64,000 nt of DNA from Hyphochytrium catenoides (Eukaryota > Protista > Hyphochytriomycota): assembly GCA_900088475.1 (NCBI GenBank), contig FLMG01000516.1, positions 1 to 64,000 of the forward strand, in the 5' to 3' direction. Numbering within the stretch: position 1 is the stretch's first letter; every line of letters starts with the position of its first letter. The notes under the pieces were generated by a model. That model did not search any database and was not told the DNA's origin. It was given only the letters and a program-made list of their open reading frames with translations. Positions 25,400 to 37,142 of the stretch are shown here, in pieces. Both the position numbers and the translations under genes were made by a program.

Positions 25400-26475
25400 A
25401 TGGAGAAAAGAAAGAAAAGTGGCGTGAACGGCCGAGAAACCGCCTACCTCAAAGTCTCTGTGGCTGGCAGCAGAGGAGGCTGGCATGGACGATATAGAGG
25501 TGACGGTCTGGAGGATGCTGACGATGATGATTCCTCTGTCACTAGCGAGACTACACCGATGTCAACCTGGTCATCGTCACAGTCTTCCTCTGGAGTGGCA
25601 CCTCATGAGCTGACGGATGGCGAAATGGAGATGAAGAAGAGCGCCGACGCACAACAAACCGACCTGTCCCAAGTTATGGCCGCTGCCTCCATCACGCCCT
25701 GGAGACAGACTTCTACCTCTCTTTCGCTCCACCGTCAGCCCTCCTACTACCCTGACTCTGAGGACACACCGCCAAATACCAGTACCAGGTCTCAAACCTC
25801 TGATCAAGCCACCAGTGTGACGCACTCCAGCGGACATCGGACAGCAAAGAAGAAGACCCTGAGGTACGTTGTTTTTGTACCTCAACTTCTACTCTTAAAA
25901 AAATGTCGCCAATCTGACGTCAAGCGCCCATTTGCAGCCTTCATCGCAAGGAAGTCAATCGGAGAAGCGCCAGAGCCTCACGGCTGAGGAAGAAGGACTA
26001 CCTTGACAAGCTAGAAGAAGCTGCACGTCAGAGCGCCATATATCGCCATATCGCGGAGAATGCCAGCGACATGCTTACCCTTCACAACCTCGATGCGGGG
26101 GCATCCTACGCCTATGTCTCGCCCAGCGTCACCAAGATGCTGGGCTTTGAAGCGCAAGAGATGATTGGAAAGCCTTGCTATGAATTCATCCATCCTGTAA
26201 GGCTTCTTTCTTTCCCCGACAATTGCTAATTATATATATATACTAGGCAAGTTAGAAGATGGACTCTCACTCGATCTTCTCTGCAGGATGACATTGGGCC
26301 TATAATTAGCGCTCATGAGAGCTGCATTGCGAAAGGAGAGATTCTCGTGGCGAAGTATAGACTTAGAAGGAAGGATGGCTCATACCTATGGGTGGAGACG
26401 TCGTCACGGACTACCTCAGGGGGTATCGTCTGTGTAACGCGGGATGTGTCACACATGCCAGTGCCAGACTTCTAG
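25400..26475 (+). CDS. bZIP-PAS transcription factor (3 coding exons: ~25400-25863, 25938-26196, 26287-26475)
   Basis: Basic region RKEVNRRSARASRLRKKDYLDKLEE (N-x7-R-x9-L), followed by a PAS_3-type domain YRHIAENASDMLTLH...YVSPSVTKMLGFEAQEMIGKPCYEFIHP|DD...YRLRRKDGSYLWVETSS...IVCVTRDVS. The start codon is uncertain. Confidence 0.88.
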
Positions 26476-26752
26476 ATTAACCCGACAGAAGCTTCGGTTC
26501 CGTCCACTCAAATCGAAAGGGAGCGACGGGAGTCCTGCTGCTCGTTTGGCACAGCGTGGCAAGTAAGGTGTATAGTTCCAATTATATAATAAACCATAAG
26601 GAAGTGTATAGTGCTGGTTGACGGTAATGCTAACAGCCACTTTTGAAAGACATTCTCCTAAGTTCTGACTCTCTTCTATTAGTCGGCTGGTGCTTTGCTG
26701 CCATGACGACCTCTCATCCTCGAAGAATACTGATCGCAGTTCTCCTTCAGAG

Positions 26753-27736
26753 CTAAAGGGAGGACTGCTGGATAGATGTGCCAGCTGTCGTTGGCACGCC
26801 GGCGATGCTGCTGTGCTGGTGCACCCAAGCTAGAAGGTCGTCAAAGGCGGTCTGTTGTCCCACTTCATTGAAACACTCATGAAAGAAGTCTGGATACGTC
26901 TTTAGAGACAAACTCTTAGCCTCAACATTCTTGCACCACTCCACCGTGTGCTTGGGATCGATGATCCCGTCTTGCATGGGCACCAGCACCTGCAGGTTGT
27001 AAGCTATTCTTGATTGAGCACTAGTTCCCGCCATTGCGTCCTCAAAGCCGAGAAAGAACTTCGCTGAGATGTTATTATGATTTAGAGGGTCCTTCATGTA
27101 GGTCTCCACTTCATCCTTGTCGTGAGTCATCAACTCAGGAGTAAGCTCCGACTTAAACTTTAAGGTAGGGGCCACGCGCACCAACAAGCGAACGACGCTC
27201 TTCAGCGTCTGGCTGACGGGCTTGAAAAGCTTCAGAGCGGGAGCTGCCACCGTGACAGACCGGATTGGGAGGTCAGGATATCGCATTAAAGTTCGGATAC
27301 ATAGAAGTCCACCCATGCTGTGTCCCACCATGTGGAGGTCAGAGACTCCTACAGCTGATAACATCAGGCTGTCCAATCTTTTGATGCAAAGCGCTAGATC
27401 CTCAACAAGAAGTTCAAAGTCCGGACTGTGGCCCCGCTGTCCTTTCCGCCTTCCATGCCCTCTCTGGTCCACGATGAAGACTCCGCCAATACTGCCCTGG
27501 ACATAATGTGGGAACTTATAGTACCGACCACCGTGCTCTCCAAAGCCATGGACGCAGAAGAGGACCGACTTATGCTTCCACTCCTTCTCACGATGGAAGA
27601 CAGCATATATCTCGTCGCCGTCGCTTGCGGGGATCGTCAGTACCTCGGACACCCAATGCGAAGGGAAAGGAGGTATGGTTTTGGGCTGGATGGGAACCTC
27701 ATAGGCATTGGAAGATTGACCCTCTGGAGCGATCAT
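26753..27736 (-). CDS. Monoglyceride lipase / lysophospholipase (alpha/beta hydrolase, Hydrolase_4), intronless
   Basis: HGFGEHGGRY, DQRGHG, nucleophile GHSMGG, catalytic Asp (QDGIID) and His (FFHECFNE). Confidence 0.92.
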   Translation of the reverse strand: MIAPEGQSSNAYEVPIQPKTIPPFPSHWVSEVLTIPASDGDEIYAVFHREKEWKHKSVLFCVHGFGEHGGRYYKFPHYVQGSIGGVFIVDQRGHGRRKGQRGHSPDFELLVEDLALCIKRLDSLMLSAVGVSDLHMVGHSMGGLLCIRTLMRYPDLPIRSVTVAAPALKLFKPVSQTLKSVVRLLVRVAPTLKFKSELTPELMTHDKDEVETYMKDPLNHNNISAKFFLGFEDAMAGTSAQSRIAYNLQVLVPMQDGIIDPKHTVEWCKNVEAKSLSLKTYPDFFHECFNEVGQQTAFDDLLAWVHQHSSIAGVPTTAGTSIQQSSL

Positions 27737-28334
27737 GGTTGCACCGCGCGCTGTCAGTCGGAGTGAAAGCACCGGAACTCGGAAAAGACTTATAAAGCTG
27801 CTTGCTCTTTATGAAGTTATAGAGCGACTCATGCGATGCTGAGGCTACCTATCTTCACGTCGGTCTAGAGGTCTGAGGAGATCTGTATAGTGAAGTCTTC
27901 TCTGTACAGGTACACATAGCAGCCACGCTTGTCTCCTCTCCGCCTCCTCTTCGTCCCTATGCGTTCTACTCTTTTTTATCTTCATCAATTCCTTCCATAA
28001 ACTAGGAAAAGCTCTCCTCAAGAACTACCAGGAGGGAGGAGGAGGCCCACGTCAAACGCAGCTGCTGAGTCAGATGAGAGCTTCGTTGTCCTTCCTTTTT
28101 CCTGAGAAGTAGAGGAGAGAGAGCAGCTCCTCCTCTCTCTCACAATGCAGTGAGAGGACCCATAGCCGCCATCGTAGAACAGTCCAGTGTTGAGGTAAAA
28201 GTGTGACAGTGTGCTCCACCCAGAGATTGAAGGACAAAGGAAGGGGAGGAGAGGAGGATGTACGTTCTGTATATTTCATTCAAGGGGAAAGAGCCAGATT
28301 GAGAGGTAGGACGGGGAGGATAATGCAGCCACAA

Positions 28335-28352
28335 AGAGAGAGACAGAGAGAG

Positions 28353-28389
<37 letters not shown>

Positions 28390-28440
28390 AGAGANNNNNN
28401 NNNNNNNNNNNNNNNGAGAGAATGTATGAGAGAGAGAGAG
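28335..28440. repeat. (GA)n microsatellite with assembly gap, between divergent lipase and LMW-PTP genes
   Basis: GA runs flanking Ns. Confidence 0.9.
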
Positions 28441-28795
28441 TGGAGGAGGAGGATGGGCGGAGGACAGAAGCCGACCGTTACTGGCCCACCCCCCTAAACC
28501 CTTAGCGCAGTCAGAGCTCCCCCAGGGTTAAAGACATAGATAAATTTCAGACCTACCCCAGCAGCAGCTGTGGATGATGATTGCTCAGCACTGCATCACC
28601 CACTCCGCTCCGCTCCTTGTGTCTTCTCGGTCAGACGCACTGACAAAATAACCTGCGGTGGCGGCACAGCATGGACACCTTGGACTCAATAACCTGCTGA
28701 GAGGATAACCAACATTATTAGCGCTGAGTAGTTAGTAGCCACGCATGCTGCTGCTTGCTGCTCTTCCACTACTAGAGATACTTTGAGGTACTATC

Positions 28796-29665
28796 ATGAG
28801 CAGCAACGAGTCCGCTGCAGGCAGTGCAACATCTGTCCTGTTTGTTTGCCTTGGTAACATATGTCGAAGTCCCGCCGCTGAGGGCGTGTTCAAGACCCTT
28901 TTGACACAGCGAGGTCTGGCGGAGAGAATCCACTGTGACTCTTGCGGTACAGGTACACACTTCTGCTGACAAGCCTTCCGTTGCTCTATGTGTCTTAGAC
29001 ATCTTAAAGTGATCTCACTTCGGTCCAAAATAGGTGGTGGCAGTGGTAACTGGTACAAGCCTGGAGGCTGGTCTTACCATGAGGGAGATCTCGTAAGTAC
29101 CTAACTGTTAAACGCTGCGTCTGCTCGGTAGCATACGTCCATCATCTCACTTGCTTGACGTTGTTGTCACAGCCTGACGGCAGGATGATGACGGCGGCCC
29201 AGAAGAGAGGTTTGATCTTTCTATGAGGGATCTGTTAGCAGAGACGAGGAGTAATAAGGGCCGGGCTCCGTTTACTGTTATGTTCTCCAGGCATTATTCT
29301 CACATCCAGGTCAAGACCGTTGGTGCGAGACGACCTACGGTCCTTTAACATAATTTGCGTCATGGATTCTAGCAACGCCAGCGAGGTAAGCGTTGGTTGA
29401 TTTGCAAGATGGCCGCAAAGAGTCGATCACTCATTTTTTTACTTAACCAATGGCGCCTGCCTGTTAGGTGATGAAAGCTGCCACGGCTTGGGGTCCTGAC
29501 TATCAAGCGCTAGCTAAGGAGAAGGTGCGGCTCATGACGTCCTATTGCAGGAGCCATACGGCAAACGAAGTCCCCGACCCCTATTATGGAGGAAAAGATG
29601 GCTTTGAACTGGTGTTGGACTTGCTGGACGACGCTTGCAAGGGCCTTCTAGACAGCCTTCTATAG
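28796..29665 (+). CDS. Low-molecular-weight protein tyrosine phosphatase (5 exons)
   Basis: P-loop VLFVCLGNICRSPAAE; DSCGT; SRSRPL; ICVMD; DPYYGG general-acid loop; DACKGLL*. Confidence 0.95.
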
Positions 29666-31453
29666 GCTTGGATGATGGTTGGTGAGGAGTTAACATGTGG
29701 AGCAGTCAGTACAGGCCTAGGATGTAGCTTCCATAGCTCCTTGGTCATCCCTCCAACAAGGTCAAGAGGAGAACTCTCAAAGTGTCCTTGACGGGTGTGG
29801 AGAGTGAGGAAATCCGACAGCTGAGGAAGAGCTACTCCTCTTGGCTAGAACTACGCGCCATTAGTTGCAGCGTTGTGTTTCTCTTACTTCGGTGTCAAGA
29901 ATGTGCAACGGCTTTGTAGCTCTTCCATTAGCTGCTGCCATGAGGGGCCCAAGGAACGCTGCCGCACTCCGGGGCGACAGTACGTGAGACATTTTAGATA
30001 CTGATCCGTAGACTAAGTATTAGCGGAGTAGTCACCTCCAACGAGCTCCTGTGACACTAAATTATTGGACTATTCGCTTCAACTAACTTAGGGAAGTCCA
30101 CACCCCACCCGAGAGCGATTACACCTACCCCTCTAAAGTGAGAAGAATACTTTTCCAAGGGGTCTACTCAATGTGTATAGCGCCTTCGCAAAATGAGGCT
30201 CACTCAACTTCCGGGAGAGGACACAGAGGATAAGCTCCTCGACAAGTAAGCGACTAATCTCCTCCCGCGTGGGTGTTCCTGGTGCAGGAAAGCCCCTCTT
30301 CCCAAGCTGCTATGACTTCGTTGTGGCTTGCGGCACGGCTCTGTAGGGATGCTTGGTGGGTGAAGATGCTGGAAGATGGCGCTTATTTATCACCTTATGC
30401 CACAATCAGCACTTCTGCTCTGTCGGATCTTAGTAGTTCCTAGGAATATAAGTGTTGATGTTTATCCTCCACGTTGATGCCGCTGCTTCATCGACACTGA
30501 ATAGTAACTAGAATTGATGCCTCTCTCGCTGGCAACAACCACGAGGCTTCTTACCTTCGTCACTATCGTCACAGCAGCTAAGTCACCGTTGTCAACTCTT
30601 ACTGAGTGAGGACAACAAATGGACGCTGAGTCACTCATTGCCTTCCTGCTGCCTCCACGGCAGTCATCAGGCAGCAGCAGCAACAGTACTTTGTAGCACC
30701 AAAGCGATCAAGAAAGAAGAGGCTAGGTGGGCTGAGGAAGAAGAGTTGCCAATAGCTCTCGTAGATGGCTTTTATGGATTGGTCTTATTTTATGGTGAGC
30801 CCTATTGCCCTTACTTCCTAGGACGGAGTATACAAACTCTTGCAACCCTATATTCGGGCCAAAGACCACAACCAACCGCTAACGACCAACGTACACCCTG
30901 CTTGCCTGAACTTCGTCCGCACATATACGAACCACAACCCCTGATGACGACTGCTCTCTCGGTCTGCTGTTACTCGAAGGAGCAACCAGGTAGATGTCAA
31001 GGCAGGGATCTCAACTTGGCGCCTGGAAGATCCAGCACTGTCCCCTCCTCACACCTCATAAGAATCTGGTCACGCGCTCTTCATTAGTTCCTTGGAGAAA
31101 TCCAGGCCATCATCCCACATCCTTTAGGTGTCCTCCCTCTCTTCGTTCTTCGAGACACCTCTGAGAAGCCTCTGCTATTATATCCTAAGCAAGACGAGCT
31201 GGTCAGAGTTTGAAGCGTCTGCATAACGACTCAGCTGCGACCAACCTGGCGCCTCAGGCAACGCCAGCCTAGCTCTGACGCCTTGTAAATCTGCACCCGG
31301 GTCTGTGAGAAAGGGAACCTGCCCTCTGATTAGCAAAAGCAGGATAGGTTAAGCGCCATCAAATATGTTAAGTCATCAGAAGCAGAAGCTCAGCAGGTAT
31401 ACATCTATATTATGGTTACAGTGGCAGCCGAGTTCAGCGGGCACTCTTGCGCC

Positions 31454-34339
31454 ATGTGCCTTAGGGAGCAGAAGAACGAGGAAGAGGAGAAGAGGTCCAG
31501 TGATGGGGCTTCTGACGATGAAGATGAAGACTCCTTGCTGCTTCTCGGGCAGATCCAGCGTGGTGAGTGGTGCGTCATGGAAGGATAGAAGTGAAACGAT
31601 ACTGATATGGGCAGTGGACTGCAGGAGAGACTGCCGCAGACTTTCGCGGAGCGCGATCGAAGCAGATGACGGAGCAAAACTCTTCGACAGCGGCTCTCAC
31701 AGCGGCTCACCGAAAGCACCAGAAACTTGTTGCCCAGGAGCGTGAACGGCAGGTGAGAAGCGATGAACTGACAGACATCTTCACCCGAAACTACTCTGGC
31801 TCTTCTCACTTCTAGCTTGTCTCTTTTTCCCCCCGCGTATGCACTCTCTTTTTGCGTTTTCCAACGTTGTCCCACGTCTATCCACCAGGAGCGGTTGCAG
31901 GTCTCGAAGGTTGCTCTTAGCGCTCTAGACAGCTCTTTGTCTCTTTCTCTTGGCGATGAGCCGTCTCCGCGCCTGCAGCCCGACGATAGTACAACTAAAC
32001 CCAAGAGTCCATTTGAGGAACGCATCCGAACGCTGATGGAGAAGCTTGAGACTCTCGGTCTAAGCACCGGAGGCACGGAAGGCGACGATTCAGCAGGACA
32101 CAAGAAGAAAGTTCTTCAGCCACTTCCAGCGCTTACAGCACTCTACAGTAAGGCACAAACTGCGCTGCGAGCAGGGAAGCTTGAGGAAGCCCGGAAGTTG
32201 CTTACCAGTGCCTCAGAAGCGGTAGACAAGATGAAGGCCAAGCTTCCAGCAAACGTGCTCATTCCCTGGGCAGGGAACATCTACGCAACTTCGGGCGTCT
32301 GTCTGCTTAAGGTCCCACTCTCAATGTGTTTCACACTCTGGAGGGCTCTTCTGACCTTGTCTGCCGCTCTTCCTCTTCGTCCTGTCTCTGTATGCAGCTG
32401 GGGGAGATCCAAAAGGCGCTGCAGGAGCTAAGCAAGGCGATCTTCACCACAGATGACTTTCTTTTGCCACCCGATTCGCCCGAATATCGGAAGGGCTTAG
32501 CATCGGCTGCCAGAGAGCTCCGGATCATGGCGCTGGGGAAGATGTCCGAGTGTTACTATGAGATTGGAGCTATGGACAAGGCGCTGGCTGTGACCAGAGA
32601 GGCACAGAATCTTCTTCAGGAGGTCGTGGGAAGCGAGGTAACCTGAAATTGGCATATCCACACACCGACCTCAGTAGTAAGTCTCCTGTGACACACGCCT
32701 TCGTCTGCTGCTATAGGAGAGAAAGACAGCTCCGACGACAGTGGAGGACCAGCAAGCGAAGACAGCAAGCTCACCTGTACAGTCCAAGCAACTGAAGACG
32801 GAGAGCCCTCCCGAACCTATGTCCCCACTATTCGCCGCCCTACTACAGGCCAAGGATGGCAATTTCGTTCCCCTTCGCAACCTTCTAGCTGTTGCCCTAG
32901 TTCCGGGGGCGGCTCTATCTCCCTCTGTGGCCCTGCAGGACATAAGCCAGTACCATGCACCCAGGCTGGGGGTAACCTTTTTGATGGTGGCTGCTGGGCA
33001 GGGACAAAAGGACATTGTGGAGCAGCTACTGTCCCTAAAGACGCCAGTGGACAAGTAAGAGGACCAGGCCCAGGTCTCACAGGGGTTTTGACTAATGAGG
33101 CCTGCTGCAGGACGGATCTCTTTGGACAGACAGCGCTAGGATGGGCAGCAAGATTCGGACAAACGCCGTACGTCCCCGTCCCCGTCTATCCTCTTTAGTT
33201 GCTGCTTCAAGCTATGTTTATACCTTTTCTTGATTGGGACGGCCACGTTATGCACGGATACGGGCGCTTCTGAGCTAACTTTCAAGTCTTTATTATGCAT
33301 ATGCAGTGTCAAATCTAAATGCTGTGAATGGCAGGTGCATGAGGATATTGCTGGATTATGGCGCCCAATTTTCGCGGTTAACCAGCGCAGATCTCGCGCA
33401 ATGGCCTAATGAGAGCCTTAACACTCTTAAAGCATGGATAGAGCATCAGAAGACGCTGCCTGAGGAAGAGCGTGTGCAACGGAAGCGGCAACCCGCCACC
33501 GTACTCCCAATAAGTAGCGCCAAAGAAGAGGCAGACTTTTCCGCGAGAGAGGTCAATGCTGCCGGACCTCCATCAGCATGGGCTAAGCCCCTAAAGATCA
33601 AAGCGACGGGCCCTGTAAAGCAGGCTGACGGACGAAGCTTCTCCCGTCCCTCCCCTCTCCCTAAGGGCTTCCACGCCGCACCATTGTCTGATGCAGCCAG
33701 AGCTGGAGAGCTAGTGGGTCGAGAGCTGCAGCCTTGGACTGCAGACGCTACCGCAGAGGAGGAATTAGAGGCAGGAGAAGGCGCTGAGCAAGGAGACGTT
33801 GCATGGGATCAGTTTGAAGCCAACAAAAAGTAAACACCCCTTAACATATAGCCGAGATCTTCTCTACCAGCTTGTCTCCTCGGACTAATGGTGTTTGTTT
33901 CTAGACTCTTTGGTGTCGAGGCTGAGTTTGCTGAGGAGCTCTACACCACCAACCTTAACAAGAAAAAGATTACTGCGGAGCAAGAGAGAGAGGCGGACAA
34001 GATAGCCAAGGAAATCCTCAGCCTTCGGTCTCAGAACCCTCACCTTGCAGAGGAGAGAGGACAGGTAGCTGAAGATACAAGGTTCTTGTGGATGCTTTCT
34101 TATAGAATCTTAGTAGCTCCCTTGCCCTGGCTCTCTTGGACGCATGCTTGCAGGTCCCCGAAGGAGAGGAGGATGAGGAGGCGAAGTATGGCGCCGTCAT
34201 TGGCTCAGGAGCTTATCGGACAGGCGGTCATGGGAACTCTACGACCGACAGACCCGTGCCAGGAGATACATTCACAGATGCCGAAGTCCTTGCAAAGAAG
34301 ACCAAGAAAAAGAAAAATAAGAAGACTTCCAATATCTAG
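31454..34339 (+). CDS. TPR-like + ankyrin-repeat + LsmAD (ataxin-2/Pbp1-associated domain) protein, multi-exon
   Basis: Helical repeats (ALYSKAQTALRAGKLEEARKLL; ALGKMSECYYEIGAMDKAL); ankyrin repeats (LGVTFLMVAAGQGQKDIVEQLLS; DLFGQTALGWAARFG; CMRILLDYGA); LsmAD (RELQPW...WDQFEANKK|LFGVEAEFAEELYTTNL...ADKIAKEI...HLAEERGQ|...DEEAKYGAV). The start is uncertain. Confidence 0.82.
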
Positions 34340-34529
34340 GGGTGCCTCGAATCGAGAGACAACGACTTTTGAGCTTCTCTGATTCTTCACGTCCGCCAAC
34401 AAGTCGAGGCGTCTGGATGCCCCTCATCTTTAGGTGCTTTTGCAATTGAAAGCTTGATGAAGAGGAACAGAAGGCAAAGTCAACAGGAAGAGGCCTTAGA
34501 GACCGATATGACAAAAAAATAGGATCTAT

Positions 34530-36032
34530 TTATTCAGCATTGCGGCTCAACCGCATTGGTAGCTTGCGCTCTGATTGTTTGGGTGCCACTATGGTAACAG
34601 TGCCCCAGTTGGCCGTTAACTTATTGATTTGTTCAAGGAAAATAAAGGTGAGGATGGTGTGCGGCGCCAAACGGAAGAAGAACGGAACAAAGCCTTTCCA
34701 CAGAGCCAATGGCCCTTCCGCACGTACGAGCTGCTTCGCGCAGTCCAGTGGACCAGCATACACTACGCTGCCTTTGCCACCGCTATTCTGGACCCGAGTC
34801 TTGATCGTATCCATAGGAAGAGAAGCTAGCGAAGCGGTAACGGGTCAGGTAAACGGAAGTAGAAAGTAGATCGCCAGAAGAAGATGGGAGCTCTTACCGC
34901 ATGTCGCTAAGAAGCCAGCGCAAAGGCTGGATGTGAAGTGAAGTGTGACACCTTCCTCGAACTTGCCAGTGTTGAGAAGGAGCTGCTTGGCCTGCGAGTA
35001 GCCCCCGAGCTGGTTGAAGCCAGAGTCAATGTATTAGAACGCTTGCTTGCGGAGAATGGCAGAGACGTGTTGAGCAGCCTACCTGGGCACCATTAACCAC
35101 AGCAGCTCTGGCTGCAGTTGCTGATGTTCCCTTCCAAAGGGCGGCGATTCCTTCCTCCTTGTACACTCTGAACAGCGCGTCAAACACGTGCTTGTATCCT
35201 TAAAGGAAGAGTGAGCGGGGCAAAATCACGGATGATTGGGCGCCGCACTGCTCGTACCTCTTTGAAGCTCCACCGGGCGGAATCCGTCAGCCGTCATCCG
35301 TACCAAAGCAACCTCAGCAGGATTGCCAATGACGGCGGCCACAGCTCCCGCTGTAGAGCCAAGAGCTGCCTTCATGAGGAAAGGTGTAGGCGGGCTGTTC
35401 TCCCCTCTTGCCTTCTCAACAGTGCGAGTTAAAACAGTGTAGAGCCCCAGCCGGGTCGTCGTGTACGTCGCCTGCACGCATGAAGATATTTATTTTTTGG
35501 ATAACAGACCCACTAGAGCACTGAGTAGAACGCGAGAGATAAGCGTGTCGGGCTTTCTAAAAAGTTCATCAGCGAGTGGCGTCATAAGAAGTGCGGAAAG
35601 TTGCTCCCTTCCGCCATAGCTGCAAGTGATCGTAATAGTGGGAAGGGCCCAGGAAGCAAACCAAAGTAAAAAGAAGAAGCAGCGGCGGCTCCCGTCACCT
35701 GTCTGAAGAGCCCAGCCGAGAGCCCGTTATAGAAGCCCAGAACGCCTTCCTGGTGCACAACATTTCGCACCACGTGTGAGACGCCAATCTTCTGGGCTGG
35801 CAGTGTCAACATAGGAAATGCAGGTCAGCATCGCCTACAAACGCAGTCCGATACATTACGTACCACTTCCTCCCTCACCAACCAGTTGCAGGCGAGTCTT
35901 CACCAGGTCAATAGGCTGCAGAACCATTTAGAGTTAAGGAACGATACTTCTGCCTCTAGGAAGAAGCTCCTGTACCTGGACGATGCAGGTGGCCATGAGC
36001 CCAGCAGCTCCTCCCTTCAGAAAGTCAGTCAT
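34530..36032 (-). CDS. SLC25A11: Mitochondrial 2-oxoglutarate/malate (dicarboxylate) carrier, multi-exon
   Basis: MTDFLKGGAAGLMATCIVQ|PIDLVKTRLQL; FYNGLSAGLFRQ|ATYTTTRLG; PAEVALVRMTADG; PMDTIKTRVQN; RLAPHTILTFIFLEQ. Three Px[DE]xx[KR] repeats with OGC-specific motifs. Confidence 0.92.
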
Positions 36033-36289
36033 CTTGTGTGTGTGATGTCTGCTGATTGAGAGTCTCCAATGCGTCTCTGGCTCAGGTGCTTGCCCTGACT
36101 TAATGTGCAGACGCTCTGGCGCTGGTTGTGATGCGACGCTGGGTGGTTGAAGCTCTGCAGTGGAGGTTTGCTTGTGTCTCCGTGAGAGGAGGCTGGATCG
36201 TGTTGATCAGTTTCCTCATCCTCTTGACCTTCATCAAAGCGAGATGAAGACAGAGACAGGTGGAGGAGAGGCTAAAGGGAAGACAACCC

Positions 36290-36530
36290 AGAAGTGTGTA
36301 GAGAGACAGAGAAGCAAAGAAGTAGAGAGAAGAGAGAGAGAGAGAGATTATAAAGGAGATAGTGCGAGAACGAGAGAGAGAGAGAAAAACAGAGAGAGAG
36401 TGAGACAGAGAGACAAATGAGACAGAATGTGAGTGAGTGTAAGAGAGAAGAGAGGGAGAGAGAGAGAGAGAGAGAGAGAAGAGAGAGTGAGAGAGAGAGA
36501 GTGAGAGGGAAAGAGAGAGAGAGAGAGAGA
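36290..36530. repeat. Imperfect (GA)n tract between divergent carrier and calmodulin-like genes
   Basis: GA runs. Confidence 0.9.
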
Positions 36531-37142
36531 AGTTCAAGCTTGAACATCATCAACTACCTTAGAAATGCGCCGACCAGCTGCCTAATCCCACACTCTTTGT
36601 GACTTCCTAACCCATAGAAACTCCGCACTTCAGGCTCCACCCTTGCCTCTGTCGTTTCTTGTCCTTTTTCTGAGAGTCGTTCCTACTGATATGATGTTGG
36701 ATGTTGGCAGGGTGTTATGACGGGCCTACTATTACACTCTTCAGCCCCGGAAAGCCTGAGTAGTAGCTTTTCTTACTCTCAATGCCCACATGTCACGACT
36801 GCCACCTACACCAACCTTGAAGACACATACCACGTGATAACGACTACTGCGATTACCACAATACCATTTGCAGGGTCGCTAACGGCTATCCTTTATTTCG
36901 AAGAGGAAGGTCTGTATTTAGAAGTCCCTTTCATATATTCGTGATCTGGTGGGGTACAAGAAGGATCAGGTTGGAAGCTTCATTAGCGTCAGAGCTCAGT
37001 ACATTTCCTAATCTGGGAGAGCTCTTCCAGCAGATTCACCTTCTTGCCAGTTCGTTTAGATCTTGACTTGGGGTTAGGGAGATAACGTTGATACAGTAGA
37101 AAGACTTAAAAAAACGCAGGTAGTAAGCCAGGTTAGGAAACC

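Noticed and set aside
25400-26475. Aureochrome (bZIP-LOV) call
   Set aside because: Lacks GRNCRFLQG and the other flavin-binding residues; the domain is PAS_3-type.
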